Shown here: piece after piece, positions 38,795 to 47,874 of the stretch | How the letters are laid out: each line of letters opens with the position of its first letter | Position numbering within the stretch: the stretch's first letter is position 1 | Assembly: GCA_965199495.1 (NCBI GenBank) | Contig: CBDASK010000003.1 | Location: forward strand, 1,280,001-1,344,000 | DNA length: 64,000 nt | Direction of reading: 5' to 3' | DNA from: Abditibacterium sp. | GTDB taxonomy: Bacteria > Armatimonadota > Abditibacteriia > Abditibacteriales > Abditibacteriaceae | Position numbers and translations under genes: made by a program | Notes under the pieces: model-generated | The model's database searches: none | Told to the model about the DNA's origin: nothing | What the model saw: the letters and a program-made list of their open reading frames with translations, nothing else

Positions 38795-39640
38795 TTATGG
38801 CTTGGGAACGGGCGTAGGCGTGGGAGCGGTGGGGAGAGCCGCTATAGGTCTGCCGCAAGAATCATTTGCTTCTGCAGGAACGGCTGGAGGCTGAAGGCTG
38901 GAACCGGTGCCACTGCCAAACGCTCGATCATGGAAGCGAGGAGTGCCCGTCATACGAGTTTTGAAATCTGCTGGCACATCAGCGGACACCATGAACTTGA
39001 CGTGCCCATCGGCATAAAGCAAATTGCCACCGCCATTGTGACCATCAAATAACGCGTCGGTAGAACCTCCATCACTGGTGGCCCAGAAATACCCATCATT
39101 GATCGTTTTGCCCTCATCCACCAATAAAACGATGTCGCCCGGACTGGTAATTCGAGTGGCAGCAATGCCCGCGAGCGCACAGTTCATCGAATAACTCAGC
39201 TTTTTGCTGTTGGCATCGACCGCGCTGGGACAAACGTAAATTCCAGCCGATTTGGTATAGGCTGCTAACGCGCCTATTGAGTTCTGAGGATAGGCTTCAT
39301 GGTCAGGAACTGTCGCGAAAGTAGTGGGATTTGCCAATCCCATTTCAGTATCAGTGAAGTTTTTGGGAGTTCCTCCTGTTCCGCCAGTAACCCAATGCCC
39401 GCCAGAAGCCCATTTCTGATATTGGCCCGCCTGCGGATATTTGCCGCGCGAATCCTGTGTGTATAGCAAAAACGCGGTGCCCAACTGTTTCATGTTCGAC
39501 AAACATGCGGTTTTGCGACCGTTTTCGCGAGCGCGGCTAAACACGGGAAAGAGAATCGCGCTCAAAATGCCGATGATGGCGATGACGACCAAAATTTCGA
39601 CCAGGGTAAAAGCGCGACGCGGCGCGGGGAAATGTTTCAT
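38795..39640 (-). CDS. Prepilin-type N-terminal cleavage/methylation (DUF1559) protein with H-X9-DG motif
   Basis: RRAFTLVEILVVIAII, FPVFSRARENGRKTACLSNMKQLG, SYSMN and HNGGGNLLYADGHVKF. Confidence 0.9.
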   Translation of the reverse strand: MKHFPAPRRAFTLVEILVVIAIIGILSAILFPVFSRARENGRKTACLSNMKQLGTAFLLYTQDSRGKYPQAGQYQKWASGGHWVTGGTGGTPKNFTDTEMGLANPTTFATVPDHEAYPQNSIGALAAYTKSAGIYVCPSAVDANSKKLSYSMNCALAGIAATRITSPGDIVLLVDEGKTINDGYFWATSDGGSTDALFDGHNGGGNLLYADGHVKFMVSADVPADFKTRMTGTPRFHDRAFGSGTGSSLQPPAVPAEANDSCGRPIAALPTAPTPTPVPKP

Positions 39641-39717
39641 GGGAAAATACTCTCTTAAATTCGGGTATGTTAGAGTTTACCCGCCCTCGCCGAGTTTCAA
39701 ACCTTTATCTCACAATT

Positions 39718-40587
39718 TTATGAGTTTTGCCAATATTGCGCGCACGCTTTTAAATGTTCCAGCACTTCCATCGGCACGCATTGTCCGCCGTTGACCTGCG
39801 CCAGTTTCACCGCCGGTTTGTTGGCGCCATGAAAATCGCTGCCGCCCGTGCTAATCAAACCGAATTGCTGCGCCATGCGATTCGTCCATTCGATTTCATC
39901 GGGCGTATAAGCGCCGTAATAAGTTTCGAGTCCGTCTAAACCCCATTCGCTCCACTGTTTTAGCATCGCTTCGCCGCGCTCGAAATCGAGCAGTGACGAA
40001 CGTTCCGAAGGCGCGCGCGTCGGGTGCGCCCACACAGCCACGCCGCCCGCGTCGTGAATCAGTTTCACGGCATCGGCGGGATGCAACGATTTTTTGCTCG
40101 AATAAGCCGGGCCACCTTCTTTAAGTAAATCGTCGAACGCTTCCTGAACGCTGCCAACCGCGCCGGTTTCGATCAAAGCCTGCGCGATGTGAGGCCGACC
40201 TATTTGCGCGTCCGGCCCGGCGATTTCGCGAATGCGCGCCATCGTGACTTTATGTCCCATTTGGTTGAGCGTGCCGACGATGCGCTGGTTGCGCGTGGCT
40301 CGTTCCTGTTGTAATTCGGTCAAAGCGCGGCCCAGTTCGCTATCGCGCTCGAAGTAATAGCCGAGCAGATGATATTTCTCGCCCTCGCCCGCGACCGAAA
40401 GTTCGATGCCCGGCACGACTTCAACGCCGAGTTCTGCGCCTGCGCGCATCGCTTCATCCCAGCCGCCAAACGTATCGTGATCAGTCAGGGCGATGGCTTG
40501 CAATCCAACTTCATGCGCGTGTTCAACAAGTTCGCGCGGCGTGAAGGTGCCATCGGAGGCGGTTGTGTGGGCGTGGAGATCAATCAT
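39718..40587 (-). CDS. PHP-domain phosphoesterase (TrpH/YciV-like)
   Basis: IDLHAHTTASDG, ALTDHD, GRPHIA, AHP and GGSDFHG. Confidence 0.92.
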   Translation of the reverse strand: MIDLHAHTTASDGTFTPRELVEHAHEVGLQAIALTDHDTFGGWDEAMRAGAELGVEVVPGIELSVAGEGEKYHLLGYYFERDSELGRALTELQQERATRNQRIVGTLNQMGHKVTMARIREIAGPDAQIGRPHIAQALIETGAVGSVQEAFDDLLKEGGPAYSSKKSLHPADAVKLIHDAGGVAVWAHPTRAPSERSSLLDFERGEAMLKQWSEWGLDGLETYYGAYTPDEIEWTNRMAQQFGLISTGGSDFHGANKPAVKLAQVNGGQCVPMEVLEHLKACAQYWQNS

Positions 40588-40602
40588 GAATTGGGGAAAA
40601 CG

Positions 40603-41142
40603 TCAGTCAATTAAACCTTGATCGCGCAAATAATCCAAGATGCGCTGGAGCGAAACTTCCATCGGTTCGCTGTCCGAATGCGCCACGACTTCGGGATTGC
40701 GCGGCGCTTCATACGGGTCGGAAACGCCGGTAAAATTGGGGATTTCGCCCGCCAACGCGCGTTTATACAAACCTTTCACGTCGCGGCGCGACAATTCTTC
40801 AAGCGAACACTGCGTGTAAACCTCGACAAACGCGACGCCGTGGCTGCTGGCGAGGGCGCGGCATTCGTCGCGCACGCTGGCGAATGGCGAAATCGCCGCG
40901 CTGATCGCGATGACGCCGTTGCGCGCCAACAAATCGCACACGAAACCGATGCGCCGCACGTTGATGTCGCGGTCTTCGCGACTGAACGTCAACCCGGCGC
41001 TGAGGTTGGTGCGCACGATGTCGCCGTCCAAACGTTCGACGCGATAATCACGCGCGCGAAACTCGGCTTCGAGCGCCTCGGACAGCGTGCTTTTTCCCGA
41101 ACCGGACAAACCGGTGAACCATAAAACAAACCCTTGGTGCAT
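40603..41142 (-). CDS. cysC: Adenylyl-sulfate kinase
   Basis: [26 protein letters not shown] and FTGVSDPYE. Confidence 0.96.
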   Translation of the reverse strand: MHQGFVLWFTGLSGSGKSTLSEALEAEFRARDYRVERLDGDIVRTNLSAGLTFSREDRDINVRRIGFVCDLLARNGVIAISAAISPFASVRDECRALASSHGVAFVEVYTQCSLEELSRRDVKGLYKRALAGEIPNFTGVSDPYEAPRNPEVVAHSDSEPMEVSLQRILDYLRDQGLID

Positions 41143-41145
41143 TTT

Positions 41146-41223
41146 CAGGAGACAGGATACAGGATACAGTTGCGATGCGGGCACACGTCTCCCCTGTTTC
41201 CTGTCTCCTGTCTTCTGTATCCT
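41146..41223. repeat. Inverted heptamer tandem arrays (CAGGATA / TCCTGTC type)
   Basis: caggagacaggatacaggatacag ... ctgtttcctgtctcctgtcttctgtatcct. Confidence 0.75.
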
Positions 41224-41231
41224 TGTAAGCC

Positions 41232-42011
41232 GTGCCGTTTACCTTTTCCAAAGGCATCTCCGAAAAGGCGCGTGGCGCCGCCGCCGATCCGAATTCATTG
41301 CAAGCCTCGCCACTGAGCGCGGGGCCGCACGCGCCCGATCATCCGCCGCCCGCGCCTCAGACGCCGATGCAAAAACTTTCCGATGCCCTCGCGCTGTTTT
41401 TGTCGGCGGTGTTGTCGCCCTATATCGTGATTCCCGTGGGCACGCTTTACGTGGTGTGGGCGAGGTCGCGCACACACCCCGAACAGTTCTGGCCGTGGCT
41501 GGGCGTTTCGCTGTTGTTTTCGACGATTTTGCCGGTTCTCTTTATTTTGTTTGGCATCTGGCGCGGCACCATCACCGACATTCACGTCATGGAGCGCACG
41601 CAGCGCGGCGGGCCGTTTGTGGTGGCAATCGTCGGCAGTCTGGTCGCCGCCGCCGTTTTGCATTGGATGGGCGCGCCGCGCAGCGTGTGGGCTTTGAGCG
41701 CGGTATTGGCGGTCAACGGTCTGGCGATGCTATTCATCACCAACTACACCAAAATCTCGATTCACGTCGCGGTTTTGTCGGCGACGATTCTGGGCGCTTC
41801 GATGCTCGAACCCGAACTGCCCGCCAAAATTTTATTGATGCTCATTCCCGCCTTGATGTGGGGCCGCTGGCGCCGAGGCCGCCATACGTGGGCGCAGGGA
41901 ATTATGGGATGCGTCGTCGCGTGCGTGCTCACGGCGGGCACGGTCTATTCGATTGACGGTTTGGCGCAACGCGTCCCGCAATATATCGAACGCGTCAAAC
42001 GCATGCTGTAA
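41232..42011 (+). CDS. Polytopic membrane protein, PAP2-like
   Basis: About 6 TM segments, KISIH and C-terminal R-x4-RHT-x2-Q pattern; start uncertain. Confidence 0.65.
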   Translation: MPFTFSKGISEKARGAAADPNSLQASPLSAGPHAPDHPPPAPQTPMQKLSDALALFLSAVLSPYIVIPVGTLYVVWARSRTHPEQFWPWLGVSLLFSTILPVLFILFGIWRGTITDIHVMERTQRGGPFVVAIVGSLVAAAVLHWMGAPRSVWALSAVLAVNGLAMLFITNYTKISIHVAVLSATILGASMLEPELPAKILLMLIPALMWGRWRRGRHTWAQGIMGCVVACVLTAGTVYSIDGLAQRVPQYIERVKRML

Positions 42012-42016
42012 ATTTG

Positions 42017-42203
42017 AATAGGAGTTACGCAGTTGGCTCCAATTTGTCATTTCGAGCTTGCCGAGAAATCTTACGGCCCCGCGCCAGCGGAAATGACACG
42101 TGAGTTGAACGTAAAAATGGCTTTTACTTGCGCTGCCGCGCGGGCGTAAGATTTCTCGGCAAGCTCGAAATGACAAACGCAGGCTAACTACGTAACTCCT
42201 ATT
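42017..42203. mobile_element. MITE-like element with AGGAGTTACGCAG termini carrying a GTCATTTCGAG palindrome
   Basis: aataggagttacgcagttggc ... gctaactacgtaactcctatt. The interior is close to that of the 32411-32596 element. Confidence 0.78.
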
Positions 42204-42212
42204 GAATTCCCA

Positions 42213-42788
42213 ATGAAATATCTGGCAATTGCCCTATTTTGCCTATTCGCAGTGGCCAAGGCAGCCACGGCGCAGGGAAACGCGACTTTTGGGGATCGGC
42301 AAACGACGACGATGACGTTGCAAAGCGCGCCCTTTTTCGCGATGGGCGGCGTGGGTTACGGTGGCCAACGCTCTTTTGGCGAACGGGCGTTGCGCGATTT
42401 AGCGCGCTTTGAAGACGCCGCCTTCGGCTTTGAAGCGGTATTGGATAACAGAAACGCTTCGCGCGCGGGACAACTTTACGCGTTGATCGGTTTGCGTTGG
42501 ACGAGCGAACGCGCTTTTCACGAGCGAATCGCGCCTTTTTTACTCGACAGAACTCCGCTTGAAGTTCGCGGTGGCTGTTTCGTTTTCAAAATGTCCGTCA
42601 GTTCTATCGCCCAAGAAATCGAGCGTGGCGCTTATAAACGTCCTCTGGTTCTCAATTACATTGCTCCCTCGATTGCAGCCGAGGCGCGCTGGCATCAGGC
42701 CAGATTATTCGCCCCTTTTTATATAAAAACCGGACTTCAAACAAAGAGCCGCTCAATCGCGCCGACGCAACGGCTCCAAAACCCATAA
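42213..42788 (+). CDS. Hypothetical exported protein
   Basis: Signal peptide MKYLAIALFCLFAVAKA; overlaps the convergent gene by 36 bp. Confidence 0.6.
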   Translation: MKYLAIALFCLFAVAKAATAQGNATFGDRQTTTMTLQSAPFFAMGGVGYGGQRSFGERALRDLARFEDAAFGFEAVLDNRNASRAGQLYALIGLRWTSERAFHERIAPFLLDRTPLEVRGGCFVFKMSVSSIAQEIERGAYKRPLVLNYIAPSIAAEARWHQARLFAPFYIKTGLQTKSRSIAPTQRLQNP

Positions 42789-43415
42789 TTGCGCTTGTCC
42801 CGGCAAATCATCGCGACTGATTTGACAACTCGCGCCGCTACGCACGATTTCGCCGGGCCATAATTTTTCCAATTCGCCAAGGGGCGCAAAGTTGCCGATG
42901 ACGCCCGGCAAACCGTAGTGCATCGGAATCACAATTTTGGCTTCGATGGCGCGCGCGAATTCGAGTAAATCGGGCAACGCAATCGTCGGCCCGGCGCCCG
43001 CTAAAGCCAGCAAGACGTCAATTTTGCCGCACGCTCGCGTTTGTTCTGGCGTCGGCAAATGTCCGCAATCGCCCATGTGCAACACGCGCAAATCGGCGGC
43101 TTCGATGAGCGTCATCGCATTGGGGCCGTCGTTGGGTAATTGCTCGAAAACTTCGAAGAAACGGATTTGGAACGGCCCGTTTTCGATGGTTTCGTTCAGA
43201 CATTCCAGCCCGCGAATCACGGTTTGGGCGCGCACATCGTCGAGGCACGAATGATATTTAAGGTTTTCGTGCGAAAGCGTGACGACATCCACGGTTTCAT
43301 CCACGGCGTCGTAGCCAATTTGCGGCGAATACGGATCGGTCAGCAGACGCATGCCATTGCATTCGAGCAATAAACAAGCGTGGCCGATGAAAGTGATTTC
43401 AAGCAGAGTGGGCAT
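42753..43415 (-). CDS. Metallo-beta-lactamase fold protein
   Basis: FIGHACLLL, TDPY, HMGDCG and IPMHY. Confidence 0.85.
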   Translation of the reverse strand: MPTLLEITFIGHACLLLECNGMRLLTDPYSPQIGYDAVDETVDVVTLSHENLKYHSCLDDVRAQTVIRGLECLNETIENGPFQIRFFEVFEQLPNDGPNAMTLIEAADLRVLHMGDCGHLPTPEQTRACGKIDVLLALAGAGPTIALPDLLEFARAIEAKIVIPMHYGLPGVIGNFAPLGELEKLWPGEIVRSGASCQISRDDLPGQAQLWVLEPLRRRD

Positions 43416-43496
43416 CGCCAAAGTTTAAGCAGTTATCGCAGACCTACGCCGCGCGAAGCAACGAAGTTTTGGCGCAACCGTTTTAAACTTCATCTC

Positions 43497-44090
43497 ATGC
43501 GATTTATTGTGGCTTTGTCCGGCGCTTCGGGCGCGCTTTACGCGTTGCGTTTGCTCGACAAACTGACCGCGCAGGGCCACACCATTGACATCGTGGCCTC
43601 AGAACCAGCGTGCGTTTCTTTCGCCGCCGAAACCGATATTAAACTCAACGCGCACCATTTGGACGTGAGCAAATTGGTGCCAGTGGGCCGTGAACATTTG
43701 CTGACGGCGCACGGCCCGCGCGACATCGGCGCCTCGATTGCGTCGGGCAGCGTGCGGCATGACGGCATGATCGTGGTGCCCTGCTCGATGGGAAGTCTGG
43801 CGCGCATTGCCCACGGTTTTTCCGATGGTTTAGTCACGCGAGCCGCCGACGTTTGTCTGAAAGAGCGCCGCAAATTAGTTTTAGTCACGCGCGAAATGCC
43901 GCTTTCCCTCGTTCATCTGCGGAATATGGTCGCCGCCTCGGAAGCGGGCGCGTTGATTTGTCACGCGTCGCCGCACTTTTATCATCGCCCGCAAACTTTG
44001 GACGAAATCGCCGACACGGTTGTAGATCGGGTGTTGGATTATCTGGGCGTCAAAAGCGAGACGAAACGCTGGAAGGAAAGGAGCGAATAA
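43497..44090 (+). CDS. ubiX: Flavin prenyltransferase UbiX
   Basis: SGASGA, IASGS, PCSMGSLA, RAADVCLKERRKLVLVTRE and FYHRP. Confidence 0.94.
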   Translation: MRFIVALSGASGALYALRLLDKLTAQGHTIDIVASEPACVSFAAETDIKLNAHHLDVSKLVPVGREHLLTAHGPRDIGASIASGSVRHDGMIVVPCSMGSLARIAHGFSDGLVTRAADVCLKERRKLVLVTREMPLSLVHLRNMVAASEAGALICHASPHFYHRPQTLDEIADTVVDRVLDYLGVKSETKRWKERSE

Positions 44091-44120
44091 CTTCGCAGCC
44101 ACACAACAAACCAACACCCA

Positions 44121-44993
44121 ATGACAGCCACGCCGCCACGCGCGCTTCAAGTCGCGCGCAATTATCTCGAACTCGTCAAATTTTCGCACACGATTTTCGC
44201 GTTGCCCTTCGCGCTCGCCGCGATGATTGTCGCCGCGCACGGTTGGCCCGAAGCGCGCATTTTCGTGTGGATCGTCGTCGCGATGGTCGGCGCGCGCACG
44301 GCGGCGATGGGCTTTAATCGCATCGTTGACCGCCAAATTGACGCGCGCAATCCGCGAACCGCCAACCGCGAATTACCGGCAGGCAAAGTCTCGCTCCAAG
44401 GCGCAATTGGTTTAGTTATCGTCGCTTCGATTACATTCTTCGTCGCCGCGTGGCAAATTAATCCGCTCGCGCTTTTGCTTTCGCCGCTCACGTTATTTGC
44501 GCTATTTTTCTATTCGTTTTGCAAGCGTTTCACCTCGCTCTCGCATTTCGTTCTGGGCTTGTGTCTGGGCATCGCGCCCGTCGGCGCGTGGGTCGCGGTG
44601 ACGGGGAAAATCGAAATTGCGCCGTGCGTTTTGTGCGCGGCGGTCATCGCGTGGGTCGCCGGTTTCGATATGATTTACGCGACGATGGATGTCGAGTTCG
44701 ACCGCCAAACCGGTTTAAACTCGATGGTCACCAAAATCGGAATTAGTCGCGCCTTGAATTTCGCGCGCTTTCTGCACGTCGCGTTCTTGGGATTACTCAT
44801 AGCGTTCGGCGCTTTAGCGGGTTTGGGCGCGCTCTATTACGGCGCCGTGGCTCTCATCGGCGGCTTCATCATTTACGAACACGCCTTGGTCAAACCAAAT
44901 GATTTGCGCCGCGTCAATGCCGCGTTTTTCACCATGAACGGCGCGATTAGCGTATTTTTTCTGGTCGCGATTGCGATTAGCGTTTTTTTATAG
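44121..44993 (+). CDS. ubiA: UbiA-family prenyltransferase (MqnP-like, futalosine-pathway type)
   Basis: VKFSHTIFALPFA, NRIVDRQIDARNPRTANRELP, GFDMIYA and VNAAFFTMNG. Confidence 0.88.
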   Translation: MTATPPRALQVARNYLELVKFSHTIFALPFALAAMIVAAHGWPEARIFVWIVVAMVGARTAAMGFNRIVDRQIDARNPRTANRELPAGKVSLQGAIGLVIVASITFFVAAWQINPLALLLSPLTLFALFFYSFCKRFTSLSHFVLGLCLGIAPVGAWVAVTGKIEIAPCVLCAAVIAWVAGFDMIYATMDVEFDRQTGLNSMVTKIGISRALNFARFLHVAFLGLLIAFGALAGLGALYYGAVALIGGFIIYEHALVKPNDLRRVNAAFFTMNGAISVFFLVAIAISVFL

Positions 44994-45086
44994 GCACAAA
45001 AAGAGCAAAAGGTTTGGATGCACTCGCGATTTTGCAATTGCATCCAAACCTTTTGCTCTTTTTGTGCCTTTTCGTGGCTATAAAAA
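44985..45086. repeat. Degenerate AGCCACA-family inverted repeat (overlaps ubiA stop)
   Basis: tttttataggcacaaaaagagcaaaaggtttggatgca ... tgcatccaaaccttttgctctttttgtgccttttcgtggctataaaaa. Confidence 0.75.
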
Positions 45087-45088
45087 TT

Positions 45089-45493
45089 GAAGTTCGCGCC
45101 TGTAAGCCGGATTTTGTAACGCCGTGGCTTACGCCAACAGCGCCGATGATCATTTCTCTGCCGCGACGATTGCTCGCCGCGTGATTTACGCCATTTCCAG
45201 CATAAATTGCGACCAACCCGAAGACTCGGCGGGCCGCGTCAACGTCTTCTGCTTGGTCTTGCACCGAACGAGGGTTGCCAGTCCGCGCCGTCGCCGACGC
45301 GCCGGTGCGCTCTTACTTTAAGCCGTTAGGCCGCACCTTTTCACCCTTACCGTTTGCACGGCGGTTTATTTTCTGTTGTCCTATCTCGTTCCAAACGTTC
45401 CCGTTTGAAAGGTCGCCGTTAGCGACCGTCCTGCCCTGCGGTGTCCGGACTTTCCTCACGATTAAAACCGCGCGATCATCCAGCGCAAACTTC
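45089..45493 (-). ncRNA. rnpB: RNase P RNA (class A)
   Basis: The minus strand has GAGGAAAGTCCGGAC near the 5' end and ACAAAATCCGGCTTACAG near the 3' end, with a P1 helix GAAGTTTGCGC/GCGCGAACTTC. Confidence 0.95.
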
Positions 45494-45501
45494 GGGGTGG
45501 A

Positions 45502-45654
45502 GTTTAGCCACAGAAGACACAGAGAACGCACAGAAAAACACAGAGCGCGCGAAGAATTTAAAACAGAAAAGGAAACCGCTTTCTTCTCGTTCAATAGCTT
45601 TCTTCGCGCGCTCTGTGTTTTTCTGTGCGTTCTCTGTGTCTTCTGTGGCTAAAC
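45502..45654. repeat. AGCCACAGA-family inverted repeat element (overlaps HD-gene stop)
   Basis: gtttagccacagaagacacagagaacgcacagaaaaacacagagcgcgcgaagaa ... ttcttcgcgcgctctgtgtttttctgtgcgttctctgtgtcttctgtggctaaac; perfect arms. Confidence 0.9.
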
Positions 45655-46083
45655 ATTTTCCAATCGCGCTTTCGCCGCGCGATATTTCTCTAACCGTTGC
45701 AACTCATATTCGGTCGGGTTCGCCAATCGTTTCATATCCATATTATCCGCCAAATCGGCGAGTTTGACTTTTATCGCGATTGGATTGCGCATCACGCGTT
45801 CGATGGCTTTGTTGTAATCGGCCTTGCCTTCGTCGTCTTTGGTCAGATGTTCGACAGCGACGATGACGTTTTCGGGAAAGCCCTGCGTTTCCAACAGTTC
45901 GCGCGTGACGCCGCAATCTTCCATTGTGTCGTGCAGCAATGCGGCCATTTGATGTTCGAGCGGCACGTCCAAACCCAGATTATTCATCACGCGGAGCGGA
46001 TGCAAAATGTAAGGTCGCCCGGCTTTGTCGGTTTGGCCGCGATGCACGGCGGTCGCAAATAAAATCGTGTCTTCGAGAGTCAT
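45649..46083 (-). CDS. Stand-alone HD-domain protein (small alarmone hydrolase/Mesh1-like)
   Basis: HRGQTDKAGRPYILHPLRV, AALLHDTMED and KVKLADLADN. Confidence 0.82.
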   Translation of the reverse strand: MTLEDTILFATAVHRGQTDKAGRPYILHPLRVMNNLGLDVPLEHQMAALLHDTMEDCGVTRELLETQGFPENVIVAVEHLTKDDEGKADYNKAIERVMRNPIAIKVKLADLADNMDMKRLANPTEYELQRLEKYRAAKARLENV

Positions 46084-46088
46084 TGGAA

Positions 46089-47090
46089 TTAGTTTTCGTC
46101 GAGCGGGAATAGAAAATAGGCATCCACTTGATACACACAAATCGGTTGGCGCTCGCACACACCGATGCGCTCAATTTCCTCGACGGTAATGGGCGTTTGG
46201 TGATAGGCCGATTCAAATTCGAGCGCGAGTTTTTGGGCGCCATCGGCGTCAGCAGCCACGGCGAGCAATGGCGTGTAAAAACCTTTGATTTCGCCGTCGC
46301 TTTCGTCTTCGATTTCGCCGGACAGCATCACGCGAAACGTTTTATCGGCCAAAGGCAAATCCGGCGTGGCTTCGCGGCGCAAGAGCAACGCCTGTCCGTT
46401 GGTGCGATCAATTTCCAGGGCTGCATCGGCCCAATCTCGCGCGTTTTCGAGTTCATCGCAACCTTTGAGCGCCCAACCGATTTGCGAAAACGCGACCGAA
46501 ACTTGTGCGGCTTCGTCGGGTTCGAGTTCCAAATCTTCCTGCTGCGCGAACAACTGCGCGGCGCGCTGTTTCACTTCGTCGCAGCGCTTGAGCTGCGCCC
46601 ACAAATTCAATTGCAACGCGTCTCGTCTCCATTGCAAATCGAGCGCGGCATTGGCGAATTCGTGCGCTTCGATTTCGCGAAGCGCCGCTTTGGCGCGGCC
46701 TTCGCGCCACATCGCGGTCGCGCGATTGAGACACAATGCGCCTTGGTCGGCGTCCTCGATTTCTCCGGCGCGCTCGTAGGCTTCGAGCGCCGCCTCGAAC
46801 TGGCCACCGTCCGACAAAATGTTGCCCTTGAGTTGCCACAAACTCCACAAATCGGGCACCGCTTCGACGCCTTCATCCAAAACTTCGAGAGCGCGCGCGG
46901 GCTGATTTTGGTCGAGCGCCAACAGCGCCTCGATTTCAAAGCACGACGAATAGTGCATCACGCGCAGTTCGGCGCAAATTTCGGCGACGCGCGCGCCCTC
47001 GCCATTTTCGAGCGCGGCGTAGGCATCTTCGGTCAATTGTTGGGCGAGTTCCGCCGCTTCATCGTCGGTCATGGAATTGGAATCGGACAT
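46089..47090 (-). CDS. Tetratricopeptide repeat protein
   Basis: LWQLKGNILSDGGQFEAALEAYERA TPR pattern; acidic. Confidence 0.75.
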   Translation of the reverse strand: MSDSNSMTDDEAAELAQQLTEDAYAALENGEGARVAEICAELRVMHYSSCFEIEALLALDQNQPARALEVLDEGVEAVPDLWSLWQLKGNILSDGGQFEAALEAYERAGEIEDADQGALCLNRATAMWREGRAKAALREIEAHEFANAALDLQWRRDALQLNLWAQLKRCDEVKQRAAQLFAQQEDLELEPDEAAQVSVAFSQIGWALKGCDELENARDWADAALEIDRTNGQALLLRREATPDLPLADKTFRVMLSGEIEDESDGEIKGFYTPLLAVAADADGAQKLALEFESAYHQTPITVEEIERIGVCERQPICVYQVDAYFLFPLDEN

Positions 47091-47118
47091 AATTTGGGGA
47101 TATAAAAGTTCATTTTAT

Positions 47119-47284
47119 GAGTTGTGCAATTGGGCTGTCATTTTGAGCGAAGTGAGGCACGAACGAAGTCGAAGAATCCATAACATTTCGATGAGGTGAC
47201 AGTGTAGTTAGAACGCGACCGATGGATTCTTCGACTTCGTTCGTGCCTCACTTCGCTCAGAATGACAGCCCAATTACGCAACTC
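47119..47284. mobile_element. MITE-like shell with GTCATTTTGAGCG...GAAGAATC palindrome
   Basis: gagttgtgcaattgggctgtcattttgagcgaagtgaggcacgaacgaagtcgaagaatcca ... tggattcttcgacttcgttcgtgcctcacttcgctcagaatgacagcccaattacgcaactc. Confidence 0.8.
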
Positions 47285-47311
47285 CCCTCTACTCTCAGAG
47301 AGAAGACCGCG

Positions 47312-47866
47312 TTATTCAAGGGCCAGTTTTTCCAGCGCGCGCCGAAACTCGTGATGTTCGGCGCCGCCAAACATCGCGAAAGTGACGCGATCTAACGAAG
47401 TTTCGGGATGATTCTTCAGGAAGTAAGCCGCCGTGGCAAGGGCGATGGGCGCGGCGCGTTCGAGCGGAAACCCGTAAACGCCCGTCGAAAGCGACGGAAG
47501 CGCCAGCGATTCCAAACCGCGCACATCGGCCTCGGCCAGACAGTTATAGTAAGCCGCCGCCAGTTCGTCTTCGCACGATTCGTGTGTTTCGGGCCGATTG
47601 GTTTTCCAAATCGGCCCGGCGACATGAAAGACGAACTTCTGCGGCAAATCGTAGGCGCGCGTCACCACGACTTCGGCGGTTTGCGCACCGTCGGGCGCAA
47701 CTTCGACGAGTTCGTCCAACATCTGCGGCCCCGCCGCGTTGTGAATCGCGCCATCAAGAGCACTGCCGCCGCGCATGCCTTTATTGGCGGCGTTCACGAT
47801 GGCATCGGCCTTACATTCCAGCACGCTACCGCGCACCACTTCAATTTGGGTTTGATTGATTTGCAT
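47312..47866 (-). CDS. Macro domain protein (YmdB-like ADP-ribose deacylase)
   Basis: DAIVNAAN, GGSALDGAIHNAAG, HVAGP and PSLSTGVYGFP. Confidence 0.92.
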   Translation of the reverse strand: MQINQTQIEVVRGSVLECKADAIVNAANKGMRGGSALDGAIHNAAGPQMLDELVEVAPDGAQTAEVVVTRAYDLPQKFVFHVAGPIWKTNRPETHESCEDELAAAYYNCLAEADVRGLESLALPSLSTGVYGFPLERAAPIALATAAYFLKNHPETSLDRVTFAMFGGAEHHEFRRALEKLALE

Positions 47867-47874
47867 ATTTCGAT

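Noticed and set aside
22640..41142. cysC separated from cysD-cysN by about 16 kb
   Set aside because: Split arrangements of sulfate activation genes are common; both parts look intact.
2579..45654. ACACAGAG periodic repeats as a possible CRISPR array
   Set aside because: Units are 9-11 nt, arranged as inverted arms without unique 30-40 nt spacers; no cas genes are present.
45124..45767. Several short ORFs between ubiA and the HD gene
   Set aside because: The region is explained by RNase P RNA and flanking repeats.
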